A stretch of 64,000 nt of DNA from Octopus sinensis. Lineage: Eukaryota. Below, in pieces: positions 26,853 through 39,409 of this stretch (its first letter is position 1; every line of letters begins with the position of its first letter). The notes beneath the pieces are model-generated. The model was not told the DNA's origin and did no database searches. It was given only the letters and a program-made list of their open reading frames with translations. The translations under genes and the position numbers were made by a program. The stretch is from NCBI RefSeq assembly GCF_006345805.1, contig NC_043000.1, positions 115,630,001-115,694,000 of the forward strand, given 5' to 3'.

Positions 26853-28944
26853 TATATATATAGTAGTTGGGCAAAAGAGACCGATAGAATAAGTACCAGA
26901 CTTGAAAAATAAGCGCCAGGGTTGATTACTCGACTGAAACGCTTTAAGACGGTGCCCCAGTATGACCGTAACCCAGTGACTGAAACAAGATAAAGATTTA
27001 TCATGGAAGTTTCCATGAGAGGGTTTTAGAAATGTGTATGTAAGGAATTTGGGAGTTTGGATAATTTAGTTTAGAATTTTGAGATATATGGAAGAAGAAA
27101 ATTAATGGCAGGGGTACGACATTTCCGTTTTACTTTAAACCAGAAGCAATTACACAGGAGAACCAACCTCAACACAATGCATAAACTGCATTGCCTGGAA
27201 CTGCCAACATCATACCGAACTGCCAACATCATACCGAACTGCCAATATTCTATGAAATTGCCAAATGTCTTCAGGAACTGCCAATATTCTTGGCAAGAAT
27301 TATTTCGCTTTTGCCAAAGTTAAAGCCTATATTCTATATCTTAAACATAGCCGTCACTTACGAGTGAGTATAACTTATTTGCTAACAGGTTCTACGCTTT
27401 TCGCTGACCATTTTCGGTGCCTACTTTTCAGTGGGTCTCTCTTGGTTCTCTCGTCTTTGACCTGGCAAAATATCCAGGATGTGACAGCAGCTAGAAGGAG
27501 AGAGGGTCACATTATCAGTAGGGTAGTTCTCATTACCGCTGAATAGACGGGTGCAAAGTGAAGTCAAATGTATTGCTCAAGAATACAACGCGTCATAAAA
27601 TCCAAGAATCGAACTCACAGTATCAGGATCGTATGGCCAACACCCTATCCACGAAGCCAAACACTTTACAACGAATAATTAAGCGAATTAAGTCGGTGAG
27701 CCGGCAGAATCATTAGCACATTGGACAAAATACTTAAAGGAATTTCTGCCGACTTTACATTCTGAGTTCAAATCCCGCCGGGGTCGACTTTGTATTTTAT
27801 CCTTTCTGTGTCGATAAAACAAGTACCAGTTGAGTACAGGCAACAATGTAATCGACTTAACCCTGTCCACGAAATCGACTGAATAAACCCCAGTACACAC
27901 CTGGTACTTAGTTTATCAAATCTACAACCCTGTGGCATGTACAAATTAGCGCTAATAATGGTTTCAATTTTGCCAAAAGGGCAGCAATTTTAAGGGAGGT
28001 TATAAGTCAATTGCATCGACCCTAATGTTTCATTGGTCCTTAATTTATCGATCCCGAAAGGATGAAAGGCAAAGTCAACCTCGGCGGAATTTGAACTCAG
28101 AACGTAACTGCAGACGAAATACCGCTAAGCATTTCCTCCGGCGTGCTAACATTTCTGCCAGCTCGCCGCCTTAACTTGGCTACCGATAATAATGTTCTTT
28201 TGGTATTCGTCACACAGTCGAAGATATAATCGACTTAATCCGTTTGTCTGTCCTTGTTTGTCCTCTCTGTGTTTAGCCCCTTGTGGGTAGTAAAGAAATA
28301 GGTATTTCGTCTGCCGCTACGTTCTGAGTTGAAATTCCGCCAAGGTCGACTTTGCCTTTTATCCTTTCGTGCTCGATAAACTAAGTACCAGTTGCGTACT
28401 GGGATCGATGTGATCGACTCATCCACTCCCCCCGAATAGTTGCCCTTGTGGCAAAAATGTGAAATAATTATCATTAGCAAAGTGAATTCAGTACTATTTC
28501 GAAATCAAAGTCTGGAAGAGAATTAAAGACATCTTTTGTTTTATTGTTTTCGATATTAAATTCGTAAGTAATCGCCAGTTTGTGTTGAGCTCAAGAAACT
28601 TTAATTATACTTTCCTACATTAAGGAGTGTAATCTTATTCTTTTATCTTGCTTCTTTGTTTCCGGTGAGTTTTTTTATCTCTTAATGCTGTTGTGTTGTT
28701 GTTATTGTTCTTTTGTGTTTATGTGTGAAGTCGACTTTCGCCGGCATTGCTGTGCGGTTAAGAAGTTCGCTTTGTAACTGCGTGGTTTTGGGTTCAGTTC
28801 CATTGCGTTGCGTCTTCGGAGGGTATCTTCTGCTATAGCCCAACACCGACCAGTGCCTTGTATACACACACACACATAGGTACATACATATATTCATTTA
28901 TACATACATACATATATATATATATTTATAATATATATATATAA

Positions 28945-29017
<73 letters not shown>

Positions 29018-29024
29018 TCTCTCT

Positions 29025-29426
29025 CTTTTACTCTTTTACTTGTTTCAGTCATTTGACTGCGGCCATGCTGGAGCACCGCCTTTAGTCGAGCAAATCGACC
29101 CCAGGACTTATTCTTTGTAAGCCCAGTACTTATTCTATCGGTCTCTTGTGCCGAACCGCTAAGTGACGGAGACGTAAACACACCAGCATCGGTTGTCAAG
29201 AAATGCTAGGGGGACAAACACAGACAAACAAACACACACATACATATATATATATATATACATATATACGACAGGCTTCTTTCAGTTTCCGTCTACCAAA
29301 TCCACTCACAAGGCATTGGTCGGCCCGGGGCTATAGCAGAAGACACTTGCCCAAGATGTCACGCAGTGGGACTGAACACGGAACCATGTGGTTGGTTAGC
29401 AAGCTACTTACCACACAGCCACTCCT
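29025..29426 (-). mobile_element. SINE family B, full length
   Basis: Complete body in reverse orientation. Confidence 0.87.
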
Positions 29427-29427
29427 A

Positions 29428-29590
29428 TATATATAAAGTTAATCCAAACAAGAAAGCACAAAAAAACACAACAACGCGAGGACGTGGAACAAATATAGTA
29501 TTATTGGACGCTCAGGAAAGAAGGAAAGAAGGAGGGTTTAACGTTTCGAGCGGAGCTCTTCGTCGGAAGCATTGGAGAAGGAAAGATCCA
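29428..29590 (-). mobile_element. Penelope-like terminal fragment with a minimal hammerhead-like motif
   Basis: Abuts (TA)n; minus strand 29536-29570 reads gctt CCGACGAA GAGC tcc GCTC GAAAC GTT aaac. Confidence 0.6.
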
Positions 29591-29678
29591 TATATATATA
29601 TATATATGTATGTATGCATGTATGTATGTATGTATGTATGTATGTATGTATGTATGTATGTATGTATGTATGTATGTG

Positions 29679-29745
<67 letters not shown>

Positions 29746-30446
29746 ATGTTCACACACACGTATTGATATATATATGTATATACATATTCATGCATTCATA
29801 TTTATATATATGTATGTATATATGATACACACACACATGGATGAATGGATGTGTGTTTGTGTGTATAATGTGAGAAAGACTGAGAGTAAAGAAGGAGAGA
29901 GGGCGAGAGAAATGTCTAGACAGTGTACTTAGATCGGAACATTAAAATATTTCAGACCTCACAACAAGAACCATAAAAAAAGAACAAAAAACAATTTAAA
30001 GAAAAAACAGAAGTCATTAATATAAATTATTATTAATGTCATTAACGATAAATATTAATTAATGTTTTCGAATTACCCGAAGAAATTCTATTATGCCGTA
30101 TCTTTCGTGATGGACATTACTACTTCCGGTTCTCCTCTCCTCCTGCGCACTCTCTGCAGACATTCATCTGTAGTTGTTCAGGCTACCACCAAAGGCGTTA
30201 GTCAATCGTTAATTATTTCTATTATTACGTTATGTAATTACAGAAGGTGGGAGAGTCATTACCGCGTCGGACAAAATACTTGGCGGCCTTTCTTCCGGTT
30301 TTACGCTCTGAGTTCAAATTCCGCCGAGGTCGACTTTGCCTTTCATCGTTCCTGGGCTGATAAAATATGAACCAGTTGATGTAATCGATTTGTCCCCTTC
30401 CCCAAAATTTCAGGCCTTCTGCAAAAGGGGTGAGGGTGGGGGTGGG

Positions 30447-30601
30447 GAGTGGCTGTGTGGTAAGTGGCTTGCTCACCAACCACATAGTTCCGGGTTCAGT
30501 CCCACTGTGTGGCACCTTGGACAAGTGCCTTCTACTATAAGCCTCGGGCGTACCAAAGCCCTGTGAGTGGATTTGGTAGGCGGAAACTGAAAGAAGACTG
30601 T

Positions 30602-30660
<59 letters not shown>

Positions 30661-30677
30661 TATATATATATGTGTGT

Positions 30678-30715
<38 letters not shown>

Positions 30716-30915
30716 TTTGTTTGCCTGTGTTTGTCCCCCACCATCACTTGATAACTGATGTTGGTGTGTTTACGTACCCGTACCTTAGCGGTTCGGCAAA
30801 AGAGACCGATAGAATAAGTACTAGGCTTACAAAGAATAAGTCCTGGGGTAGATTTCTTCAACTAAAGGCGGTGCTCCAGCATGGCTGCAGTCAAATGACT
30901 GAAACAAATAAAAGA
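30447..30915 (+). mobile_element. SINE family B, full length
   Basis: Complete body immediately upstream of the mariner MITE. Confidence 0.87.
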
Positions 30916-30944
30916 ATACATACAAGCGTACACACACACACACA

Positions 30945-31343
30945 CGAGGGGGCGCTGAAAAGTTCCTGGCTTTAAGGATGTCTATTGCGAAAAACCTAGT
31001 TGGAGGCCCAAACTTACGGGTTTTTTTCGGGGCTTAGAAAAACTGAAAGACTGCTGCAATAAGTATGAGCCGCTACACACGATTTTGTTGTCGATGATGA
31101 CAAATTTGTGGTGCATGAGGTATTGGGTTTTATCAGTTCTGACAATTATACCTTGACTACGAAGTTTCCATATCCACGAGTTATTCACATCTTCATACTC
31201 TCCATCAGTAATGAGCCTGATTGCGACTCCCATCGCGTTGAGTTTGATGAGGATTTGAGAGGAGGATATGTGTAATAAAATGATAATTAACTGATCCTCC
31301 TATATTTTCTTTTACCCAAAGCCAGGAACTTTTCAGCACCCGG
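30945..31343 (+). mobile_element. Mariner-derived MITE (internal deletion derivative) carrying a foreign insert
   Basis: TIRs cgagggggcgctgaaaagttcctggcttt (30945-30973) and aaagccaggaacttttcagcaccc (31318-31341). The transposase C-terminal remnant FFRGLEKLKDCCNK (31022-31063) resumes as DLRGGYV* (from 31252) after the insert. Confidence 0.88.
31063..31254 (-). pseudogene. PLD6: Captured fragment of a PLD6/Zucchini (mitochondrial cardiolipin hydrolase, MitoPLD)-type coding sequence
   Basis: Stop-free ILIKLNAMGVAIRLITDGEYEDVNNSWIWKLRSQGIIVRTDKTQYLMHHKFVIIDNKIVCSGSY aligns with PLD6 GVRVRVVTD...GIQVR.D...MHHKFAIVD..L.TGS. It has HxK(x)4D(x)6GS but is cut before the final N, and has no matching splice sites. 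Confidence 0.9.
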
Positions 31344-31377
31344 TAGCGCGGGCGTGTATATATATATATATATTATA

Positions 31378-31459
<82 letters not shown>

Positions 31460-31652
31460 TATATATATATAAACTACAAAATCTTGAGAAGATTAATCAG
31501 CCTAAATTGCGAGGATGATCCGGTTCTTGACTGAGGATAGAAAGCTTCGAATGACTCATCCTTGTTTTTTTGTATCGTCCATCTGGATGTTTTGTTGTTC
31601 CCTTTTTGTATCACTTAGTTGTTCGGATGTTTTGCGTTCTTATCACATTTTG

Positions 31653-31698
<46 letters not shown>

Positions 31699-31734
31699 CT
31701 GTGTACGTGCACTTTCTTCTCTTATATATATATA

Positions 31735-31838
<104 letters not shown>

Positions 31839-31874
31839 GTATATACATATAGCTGCGTACGTACACTTTCTTCT

Positions 31875-31915
<41 letters not shown>

Positions 31916-33989
31916 GGTTGGACAAAATAATGGAAACATAAATTTCAAACAAATTTATATATATTTATCTTTCTGGCTTGTGTAGAATATGTAACAGAGA
32001 TCTCAGGTCATTCTTCATCGCTTACACATCATCATGATCATGATCATCATCATCGTCGTCGTCATCAACAACCCTTGGACGTTGCTATTTCGAGTCCCAC
32101 GATTCATAGGTCGCGTCACCTAGTTCCCATGAGGGTATTAACGACCGAGATCATGACACTTCCCGTGGATGGGACGCCAGTCCTTCGCAGGTTTACTCAT
32201 TTAAAGCTGAAAGGATTATATCTTTTCATGATATCGAATGCAGATCGATATAAGTAAAGTCAACCTTCTAGAACAGTCGCATGCGGCCCTCAAACATCCT
32301 TCCGGCGGTCTTCGACAGTCTTCCCTCCATAGATATAATAAATTTTTCTTTAATTGACTTGTATTTTACTTATTTTCGTGCGCACCCCCCTCCCCCTAAA
32401 AAAACCCAGGTTTTGGATCTGGCGCAGAAATTCAAAAAAGTTGGGAAACTATGCTTCGGGATCTGAACTCAGAACTTGACGGAACTAGGGGCTAAACATA
32501 GAGGGGACAAACAAGAACAGACATAGGTATTAAGTCGATTACATCGACCCCAGTACGTAACTGGTATTTAATTTATCGACCCCGAAAGGATGAAAGGCAA
32601 AGTCAATCTCGGCGGAATTTGAACTCACAACGTAACGGCAGACGAAATACCTCTAAGCATTTCGCCCGGGGTGCTAACGTTTCTGCCAGCTCACCGCCTT
32701 TAAATTTCTTTACTACCCACAAGGGGCTAAATAAAGAGAGGACCAACAAGGACAGACAAACGGATTAAGTCGATTATATCGACCCCAGTGCGTAACTAGT
32801 ACTTATTTAATCGACCCCGAATGGATGAAAGGCAAATTTGAACTCAGAACGTAACGGCAGATGAACTACCTCTAAGCATTTCGCCCGGCGTGCTAACGTT
32901 TCTGCCAGCTCGCCGCCTTAACGGAACTAAATATCTACTTATAAAATAGTTATAAAACAAATAAATAATTAATTAAAATTTATAATTTATGTTGCTAATG
33001 ATTGATGACAGCGATGCACACTCACGTTTAACTATATTTTTGTTAATGTCTTTATATTCTTATTTCTCGTCTGATCGAACAGACAGTGTTAATTCACATA
33101 TATAGTGTCATCACGGTATTTCTATTTAATTAAATAAAATATTCAATAAGTTATCCATAATATCAAGTCACTTAGTGTATATTTATTTTATTTTATTTAA
33201 ACATACACACGCATCTATCCACACATCCACGTACCCAAACTCTCTCTCTCTCTCTCTCTCACACACACATACACACTTATGTATAAAGTTATTAAAAAAT
33301 TACGCATTCTCTTTGTAAGTTACTAAGTTAAGGTAAACCGCTATAAACTAGTCCAATGTACAGCACAGCATGAAAATCACGACTATGCGGATAACAATAA
33401 TACAAATGAGTAAGCATAAGAGACATGAGTTAATTCACGAAAAACAAAAGAGCAAAAAACAAAAACATAACAGAACAGAAAACAAACAAATAACAGATGT
33501 AAAGCAATAAACAAAAAAAAAAAGCATCTAAACGTTTAAATTATGATAACTATAAATGAAAAAAAGGAAATGAAGCTAATATTAATTACTTTAAGAGATT
33601 TTGATATTGGAGAGCAAGAAAAACTCCGCACGAAGCGTTTCTATCTCTGTTAAGGAAATACCTTCGAGAATGGTTTACCAGCTACTCTTTCACTCTTTTA
33701 CTCTTTTTACTTGTTTCAGTCATTTGACAGTGGTCATGCTGGAGCACCGCCTTCAGTCGCGCAAATCGACCCCCAGGACTTATTCTTTGTAAGCCTAGTA
33801 CTTATTCTATCGGTGACTTTTGCCGAACCGCTAAGTTACGGGTACGTAAACACACCAGCATCAGTTGTCAAGCGATGTTGGGGGGACAAACACAGACGCC
33901 CAAACATATACACACATATATACATACATACATGCATACATACATACATACATACATACATACATACATACATACATACATACATACAC

Positions 33990-34041
<52 letters not shown>

Positions 34042-34131
34042 GTATAAATATGTATATATATATATTATATATATATATATGTATATAAATATGTATATAT
34101 ATATATGTATATAAATATGTATATATATATG

Positions 34132-34178
<47 letters not shown>

Positions 34179-34649
34179 CACGTATATACGACGGACTTCT
34201 TTCAGTTTCTGTCTACCAAATCCACTCACAAGGCTTTGGTCGGTCTGAGGTTATAGTAGAAGACACTTGCCCAAGGTGTCACGCAGTGGTACTGAACCCG
34301 GAACCATATGGTATAACGTGTGTTCTGTATATATATATATTTGTATTTATGTGCCCATCCGATATATTCAACAGATGAAAGCAGAGCTTATTTGAAGCAA
34401 AGCTAGAAATCTAGGATCTTGAATTATCCAGTAATATCTTTTTGCTAGTATATTTTGTCCCCCTGTCTTATCTCATGGTGCGATATGAACATTTAAGGTG
34501 GTTTATAGAATCAGGGATTTGACTACTATTTCGGCATGGTGGTGTCTCTCAGATACCCTTATTTATAGTTGTAAAAAAATTATTACCTTTGTATGGTATT
34601 TATTCCCATGCTGGCCACTTGATAATATCGATATTATTCTTATTTATGA

Positions 34650-34689
<40 letters not shown>

Positions 34690-34722
34690 TATATAATATA
34701 TATATACATATGTATATATATA

Positions 34723-34900
34723 TCGCTAGCCACTTCACATTCTTTATTTTCTCTCCTTGTTTCTTTCTCTGTTCCTTTCTGTGGAAGAGCGTAAGCTCGA
34801 AACGTTAAAGACTTTTTCACTTCCCGAGCGTTATACTAATACTTCTGTTGTCTACACCACATGTCTTCGTCTTTTGTTTTTTTTTTTGTGAATTCTCCCT
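34723..34900 (+). mobile_element. Penelope-like terminal fragment with a hammerhead-like motif
   Basis: Follows (TA)n; 34775-34810 reads cttt CTGTGGAA GAGC gtaa GCTC GAAAC GTT aaag. Confidence 0.55.
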
Positions 34901-34903
34901 CCC

Positions 34904-35685
34904 CGAAATTTTTACCGGCATCCTCTCTGTCGCCGGGTATAATCTGCGTCTGCGCAGTGGTTTGAAAAGTTAGGATTTACAAACCGTTAGTACTACATGT
35001 GGATCTGGCGGTTTGTATGTCTGAAATCTAAAGGCTGTCCCACTGAAGAAAACTGGCCTTCAGCAAATACTTTTTTGCTGGAAATAGTTAGAAACCGTCG
35101 GTCAGGGAAATAGTTGAGATGGTAAACGTTTTTAATTTTCATTCCTTTCGTGAATTTATCCTCTTTTGTGGTCTTGAGACTTCTACTGCTCTTTCTAGCA
35201 CAAATATTTCCTATTTGGAAGCCTCTTATTATATTTCTATATGAATAATATATAGTCTAATGACTAATTCGTTTTTTGTGCTAGGCCACTGGTAATAATA
35301 ATTTATTATTACCCTATTTTATTGTTTAAATATTGTTTGACAAATTTGTTCGAAATTTTTACCGGCATCCTCTCTGTCGCCGGGTATAATCTGCGTCTGC
35401 GCAGTGGTTTGAAAAGTTAGGATTTACAAGCTGTTAGTTCTACATGTGGATCTGGCGGTCTGTATGTCTGAAATCTAAAGGCTATCCCACTGAAGAAAAC
35501 TGGCCTTCAGCAAATACTTTTTTGCTGGAAATAGTTAGAAACCGTCGGTCTGGGAAATAGTTGAGATGGTAAACGTTTTTAATTTTCATTCCTTTCGTGA
35601 ATTTATCCTTTTTGTGGTCTTGATATTTCTACTGCTCTTTCTTGCACAAATCTTTCCTATTTGGAAGCCTCTTATTGTATATCTC
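34904..35685. repeat. Direct duplication of a ~335-bp unit (period about 447 bp)
   Basis: 34904-35238 versus 35351-35685, high identity, both starting cgaaatttttaccggcatcctctctgtcgccggg. Confidence 0.9.
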
Positions 35686-35800
35686 TCTCTATATATAATT
35701 ATTATAAACACCAGTTTGCAATGGGTTACCAAAAAGGAGAATTATAATTGTCACTAAATGTGATTAGAGTGTTAGGAAGCACGTGAGAGGGAGAGAGAGA

Positions 35801-35861
<61 letters not shown>

Positions 35862-36419
35862 AAGTTTTGAATAAGATCTTACATTTCAGATTCATATAGT
35901 ATACGAGAAAGAATTTCCAATATATATATATTCGATTAATTTCCTTGTCTACACAATCGATGAAGAACGATAGCAAAATCCGGTTTGGCCAAAGTTAACA
36001 AATACTATAACAATAGATGATGTGACTTTTAGTCTTTGTTGTCCTTCAGAACAATTCTTAGATGACAAATTAAAGAAATGACTTGGGAAATATTTGCTGG
36101 AGACGAAAATCGTAATTTTTCATTGGAAAGTTTTGCAAGTTATCTCAATAAAAACGAGAATTACACGCTCTGACACATTGTAGAAACAAATACCTTTTAT
36201 ACACACATATACAGACATATGCAAACATTTACATTACATAGTATTTAAACATCGAAGTCTCCTTTCCAACATGGACTAGTTTTAACACGGAGATGGATGG
36301 AACTCTGCTACAGCGGCGAGAGCTGGGTTTGTCAGTTCCTGATACATCTAAGGATAGACGGAAGCTGAGAATATGGGACAATCTCCGCTCAGGTGTTACT
36401 TTCAACTCTCTTTTTGGTC

Positions 36420-36660
36420 AATCTGATTAATTTTCAAGGTGTCTCCCACATTCTGCAAGTGCGAAATTCTCAGGGGACTGGATTGATGCCCTGCCTGTGG
36501 CCAACATCGGTGGTGTACTCAATCTGGATGAGCTCCGCATCTTCATTGCTCTCGGAGTTGGAGCCGACGTCTGCAGGTAACTGAGATGTCGCTGTGGTAG
36601 GCCCCTCCGACTCCACAGGCCTTCAAGGTTTGTCCTCCGTTCAACCTTGTGATGTGCGAT
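36420..36660 (+). mobile_element. CRE-like (RLE-type) non-LTR retrotransposon fragment, pre-endonuclease region
   Basis: Translates SASAKFSGDWIDALPVANIGGVLNLDELRIFIALGVGADVCR*LRCRCGR, matching the CRE-type SG.WL.ALP....G..L....LRI.VALRLGA.VC..H.C.CG block. Confidence 0.72.
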
Positions 36661-36809
36661 CAATTGAGGCATTTGGTGTTGAATTGTTGTTTTTTCTTTC
36701 TTTTTCTTTATTCCTCTTTTCCTCTTCTTTTTTCTTTTCCTTTTTCTTTCTTCGCTCACGTTTGTGTTTTGTTCGGTTCTGGATTTGTATTATATATGTA
36801 TCTAATCAT

Positions 36810-37039
36810 GGCGGCGAGCTGGCAGAATCGTTAGCACGCAGGGCGAAATGCTTAGCAGTATTCCATCTGTCGTTACGTTCTGAGTTCAAATTCTGCCGAG
36901 TTAGACTTTGCCTTTCATCCTTTCGGGGTCGATTAAATAAGTACCAATTACGCACTGGGGTCGATGTAATCGACTTAATCCGTTTGTCTGTCCTTGTTTG
37001 TCCTCTCTGTGTTTAGCCCCTTGTGGGTAATAAAGAAAC
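36810..37039 (+). mobile_element. SINE family A, full length monomer
   Basis: From ggcggcgagctggcagaa to gggtaataaagaaa. Confidence 0.87.
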
Positions 37040-37459
37040 AGACCCCTACTTATTTTCTCGAAATTCATTCACTGTTAAAACGATCGTATTGTTGTCTCCT
37101 GTGTACATCATGGCATCTTAAAATTAAAGTTTTGTCATGTTACTTTTAATTAAATCCTTTTAAGTTATTTAAATGTTTTTCACTCCTCGTTAAACAAGCG
37201 TTTTTGAAATGAAAGTATTTTTCTTCTTGTAATAAACAATTCTTTGTTTTCGTTCCGGCATTTCACGTAAACTATGGTGCTTTATATTTTTCCAGTTTCT
37301 TCGAAATCACGTCGTATTTCTCACAGTCTAAGATAATTCGGGATTGTTTTTAATCGGATTACGACCAGGATGAAAGTATTTTGTTGGAAAGAGAGTCCTG
37401 TCGCATTTCAAGATAAGAAAGAATGATTTCTTTGGGCTTAATTGATATGTTTAATTGTG

Positions 37460-37700
37460 ATGATACTTCTGTTCATTATTATTTACATAATTCTAGCTAT
37501 TTGGCAAATTGTCGGTTTTTGGGTGTAAAATTCTTCAGGTTTCGAAGTAAAGTAATACTCGATATCATATTTTAACTCTTCACACTTTATAAGCTGCTTT
37601 TCTCTAAATGATGTTGCAATGGTCTGAAAAGATGGCTAGTCCGATGGAGTAAGGTCAGCAAAGTAAGGAGGCTGAGACAAAACTTCAATATTTAATGTTA
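37460..37700 (-). mobile_element. Old mariner transposase C-terminal remnant (paralog of 43020-43250)
   Basis: Shares tgttgcaatggtctgaaaagatgg (HLFRPLQH) and downstream flank with the 43 kb copy. Confidence 0.55.
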
Positions 37701-38206
37701 TAATCTGTGCAATTTGGGCAATATGTGGTTTTGCGTTTTTGTATAAGAACAAACCTTTACGATTGAGCAGAGATGGACGACTTTTCTGTAAAAGTTTGTG
37801 CAGTGCTTCCACTTGACGACAAACGCAAGAGGACTTTGTTTACATGAGAATTTCGGTTGTGTTGTTGGCAAGATATCTAAGCAATCCTATAAGATAGGCA
37901 ATTCTGGAAGGCCATCGATTATAATTAGGTGGATGAGGGCCGACTTAGAACTAAACAACAATAATTTGGGGTAATTTTTCATTTGGAAGTTTTGCAACAA
38001 TACTTACAGTAAAACCTAGCTTTACGCCCTCTGACATACATTATATAGAAACAAACATCTCTTAAACACTCACACATACAGATATATATATAAACATTTA
38101 CACGAAGTACAATTTAACCGGTAGGGTTTTAGGATCTTTGTGCTTTTCGACACTGTATACAATTTTCGTTAAAAGAATTTTTTAATGTATCATATAGATG
38201 TAATTT

Positions 38207-38483
38207 GGAGGTGCAATGACAGCGGACTCGCGGTCGGAGGATCGCGGTTTCGATTCCCAGACCGGGTGTTGTGTATGTTTATTGAGCGAAAACACTTAAA
38301 GCTCCACGATGATCCGGCAGGGGGTGGTGGCGACTCCTGTTGTATTCTTCTTCCTGTTTCTTGAGTAACGCTGCGATGGTTTGGCGTCCCATCCAGCTGG
38401 GGGGAACACATACGCTATAGAAGCCGCGAAACCGGCCCCATGAGCCTGGCTAGGCTTGAAAAGGGCGCATAAATAAATAAATA
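38207..38483 (+). mobile_element. SINE family C, (TAAA)n tail, 13-bp TSD with one mismatch
   Basis: TSD atagatgtaattt (38194-38206) / atagatggaattt (38484-38496). Confidence 0.87.
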
Positions 38484-38661
38484 ATAGATGGAATTTGATG
38501 CTGAATCCGAATTTATTATTCATTCATTCCAGAAAAAATTTGCAAAAATGTTACAGGTGTTCAAAGTTTGATAATTTTCAAAATTTTCAGCCAATCAGAA
38601 AGCAGCGCGTTCGCTGCATATCAAAATATTAAACTAGCAACAGTAAACAGTGAAAAACATG

Positions 38662-39276
38662 AAAACATTCGCGAGCAAATTAAATATTTGAAAACTACGA
38701 ACAAACCAACAGGAGTTGCTAGAAATAACAGTCAAAACATTAAAATATACACGAGCAAAGTTAACATTAAAACATTCGCGAGCAAATGAAATATTTGAAA
38801 GCTACGAACAAACCAACAGGAGTTGCTAAAAATAACAGTCAAAACATTAAAATATACACGAGCAAAGTTAACATTAAAACATTCGCGAGCAAATGAAATA
38901 TTTGAAAGCTACGAACAAACCAACAGGAGTTGCTAGAAATAACAGTCAAAACATTAAAATATACACGAGCAAAGTTAACATTAAAACATTCGCGAGCAAA
39001 TTAAATATTTGAAAGCTACGAACAAACCAACAGGAGTTGCTAGAAATAACAGTCAAAACATTAAAATATACACGAGCAAAGTTAACATTAAAACATTCGC
39101 GAGCAAATTAAATATTTGAAAGCTACGAACAAACCAACAGGAGTTGCTAGAAATAACAGTCAAAACATTAAAATATACACGAGCAAAGTTAACATTAAAA
39201 CATTCGCGAGCAAATTAAATATTTTAAAGATACGAACAAGCTAACAGGAGTTGCTAAAAATAACAGTCAAAACATT
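38662..39276. repeat. 107-bp minisatellite, about 5.7 near-identical copies
   Basis: aaaacattcgcgagc recurs at 38662, 38769, 38876, 38983, 39090 and 39197. Confidence 0.95.
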
Positions 39277-39409
39277 GTTTAAAACAGACATTTATTACTT
39301 TAAAAAATTCAAGAACGAAAGTTTGCAATACACTCTAGGATTTTAGGGTGTGAGTCCCATCTGTTATAAATACAAACAATTATAGAACAAGTAGTGATTA
39401 CACTCCTTG

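Noticed and set aside
30982-31233. ORF as a genuine exon of a resident PLD6 gene
   Set aside because: Homology stops abruptly at mariner sequence on both sides, no donor or acceptor fits the homology limits, and no other PLD6 exon is visible in the window.
38207-38280. SINE heads (families A-D) as functional tRNA genes
   Set aside because: They have A/B-box-like motifs but no closed cloverleaf acceptor stem, and they continue into the SINE body and tail with TSDs.
38662-39276. CRISPR-like array
   Set aside because: Whole units are near-identical with no unique spacers; eukaryotic context with no cas genes.
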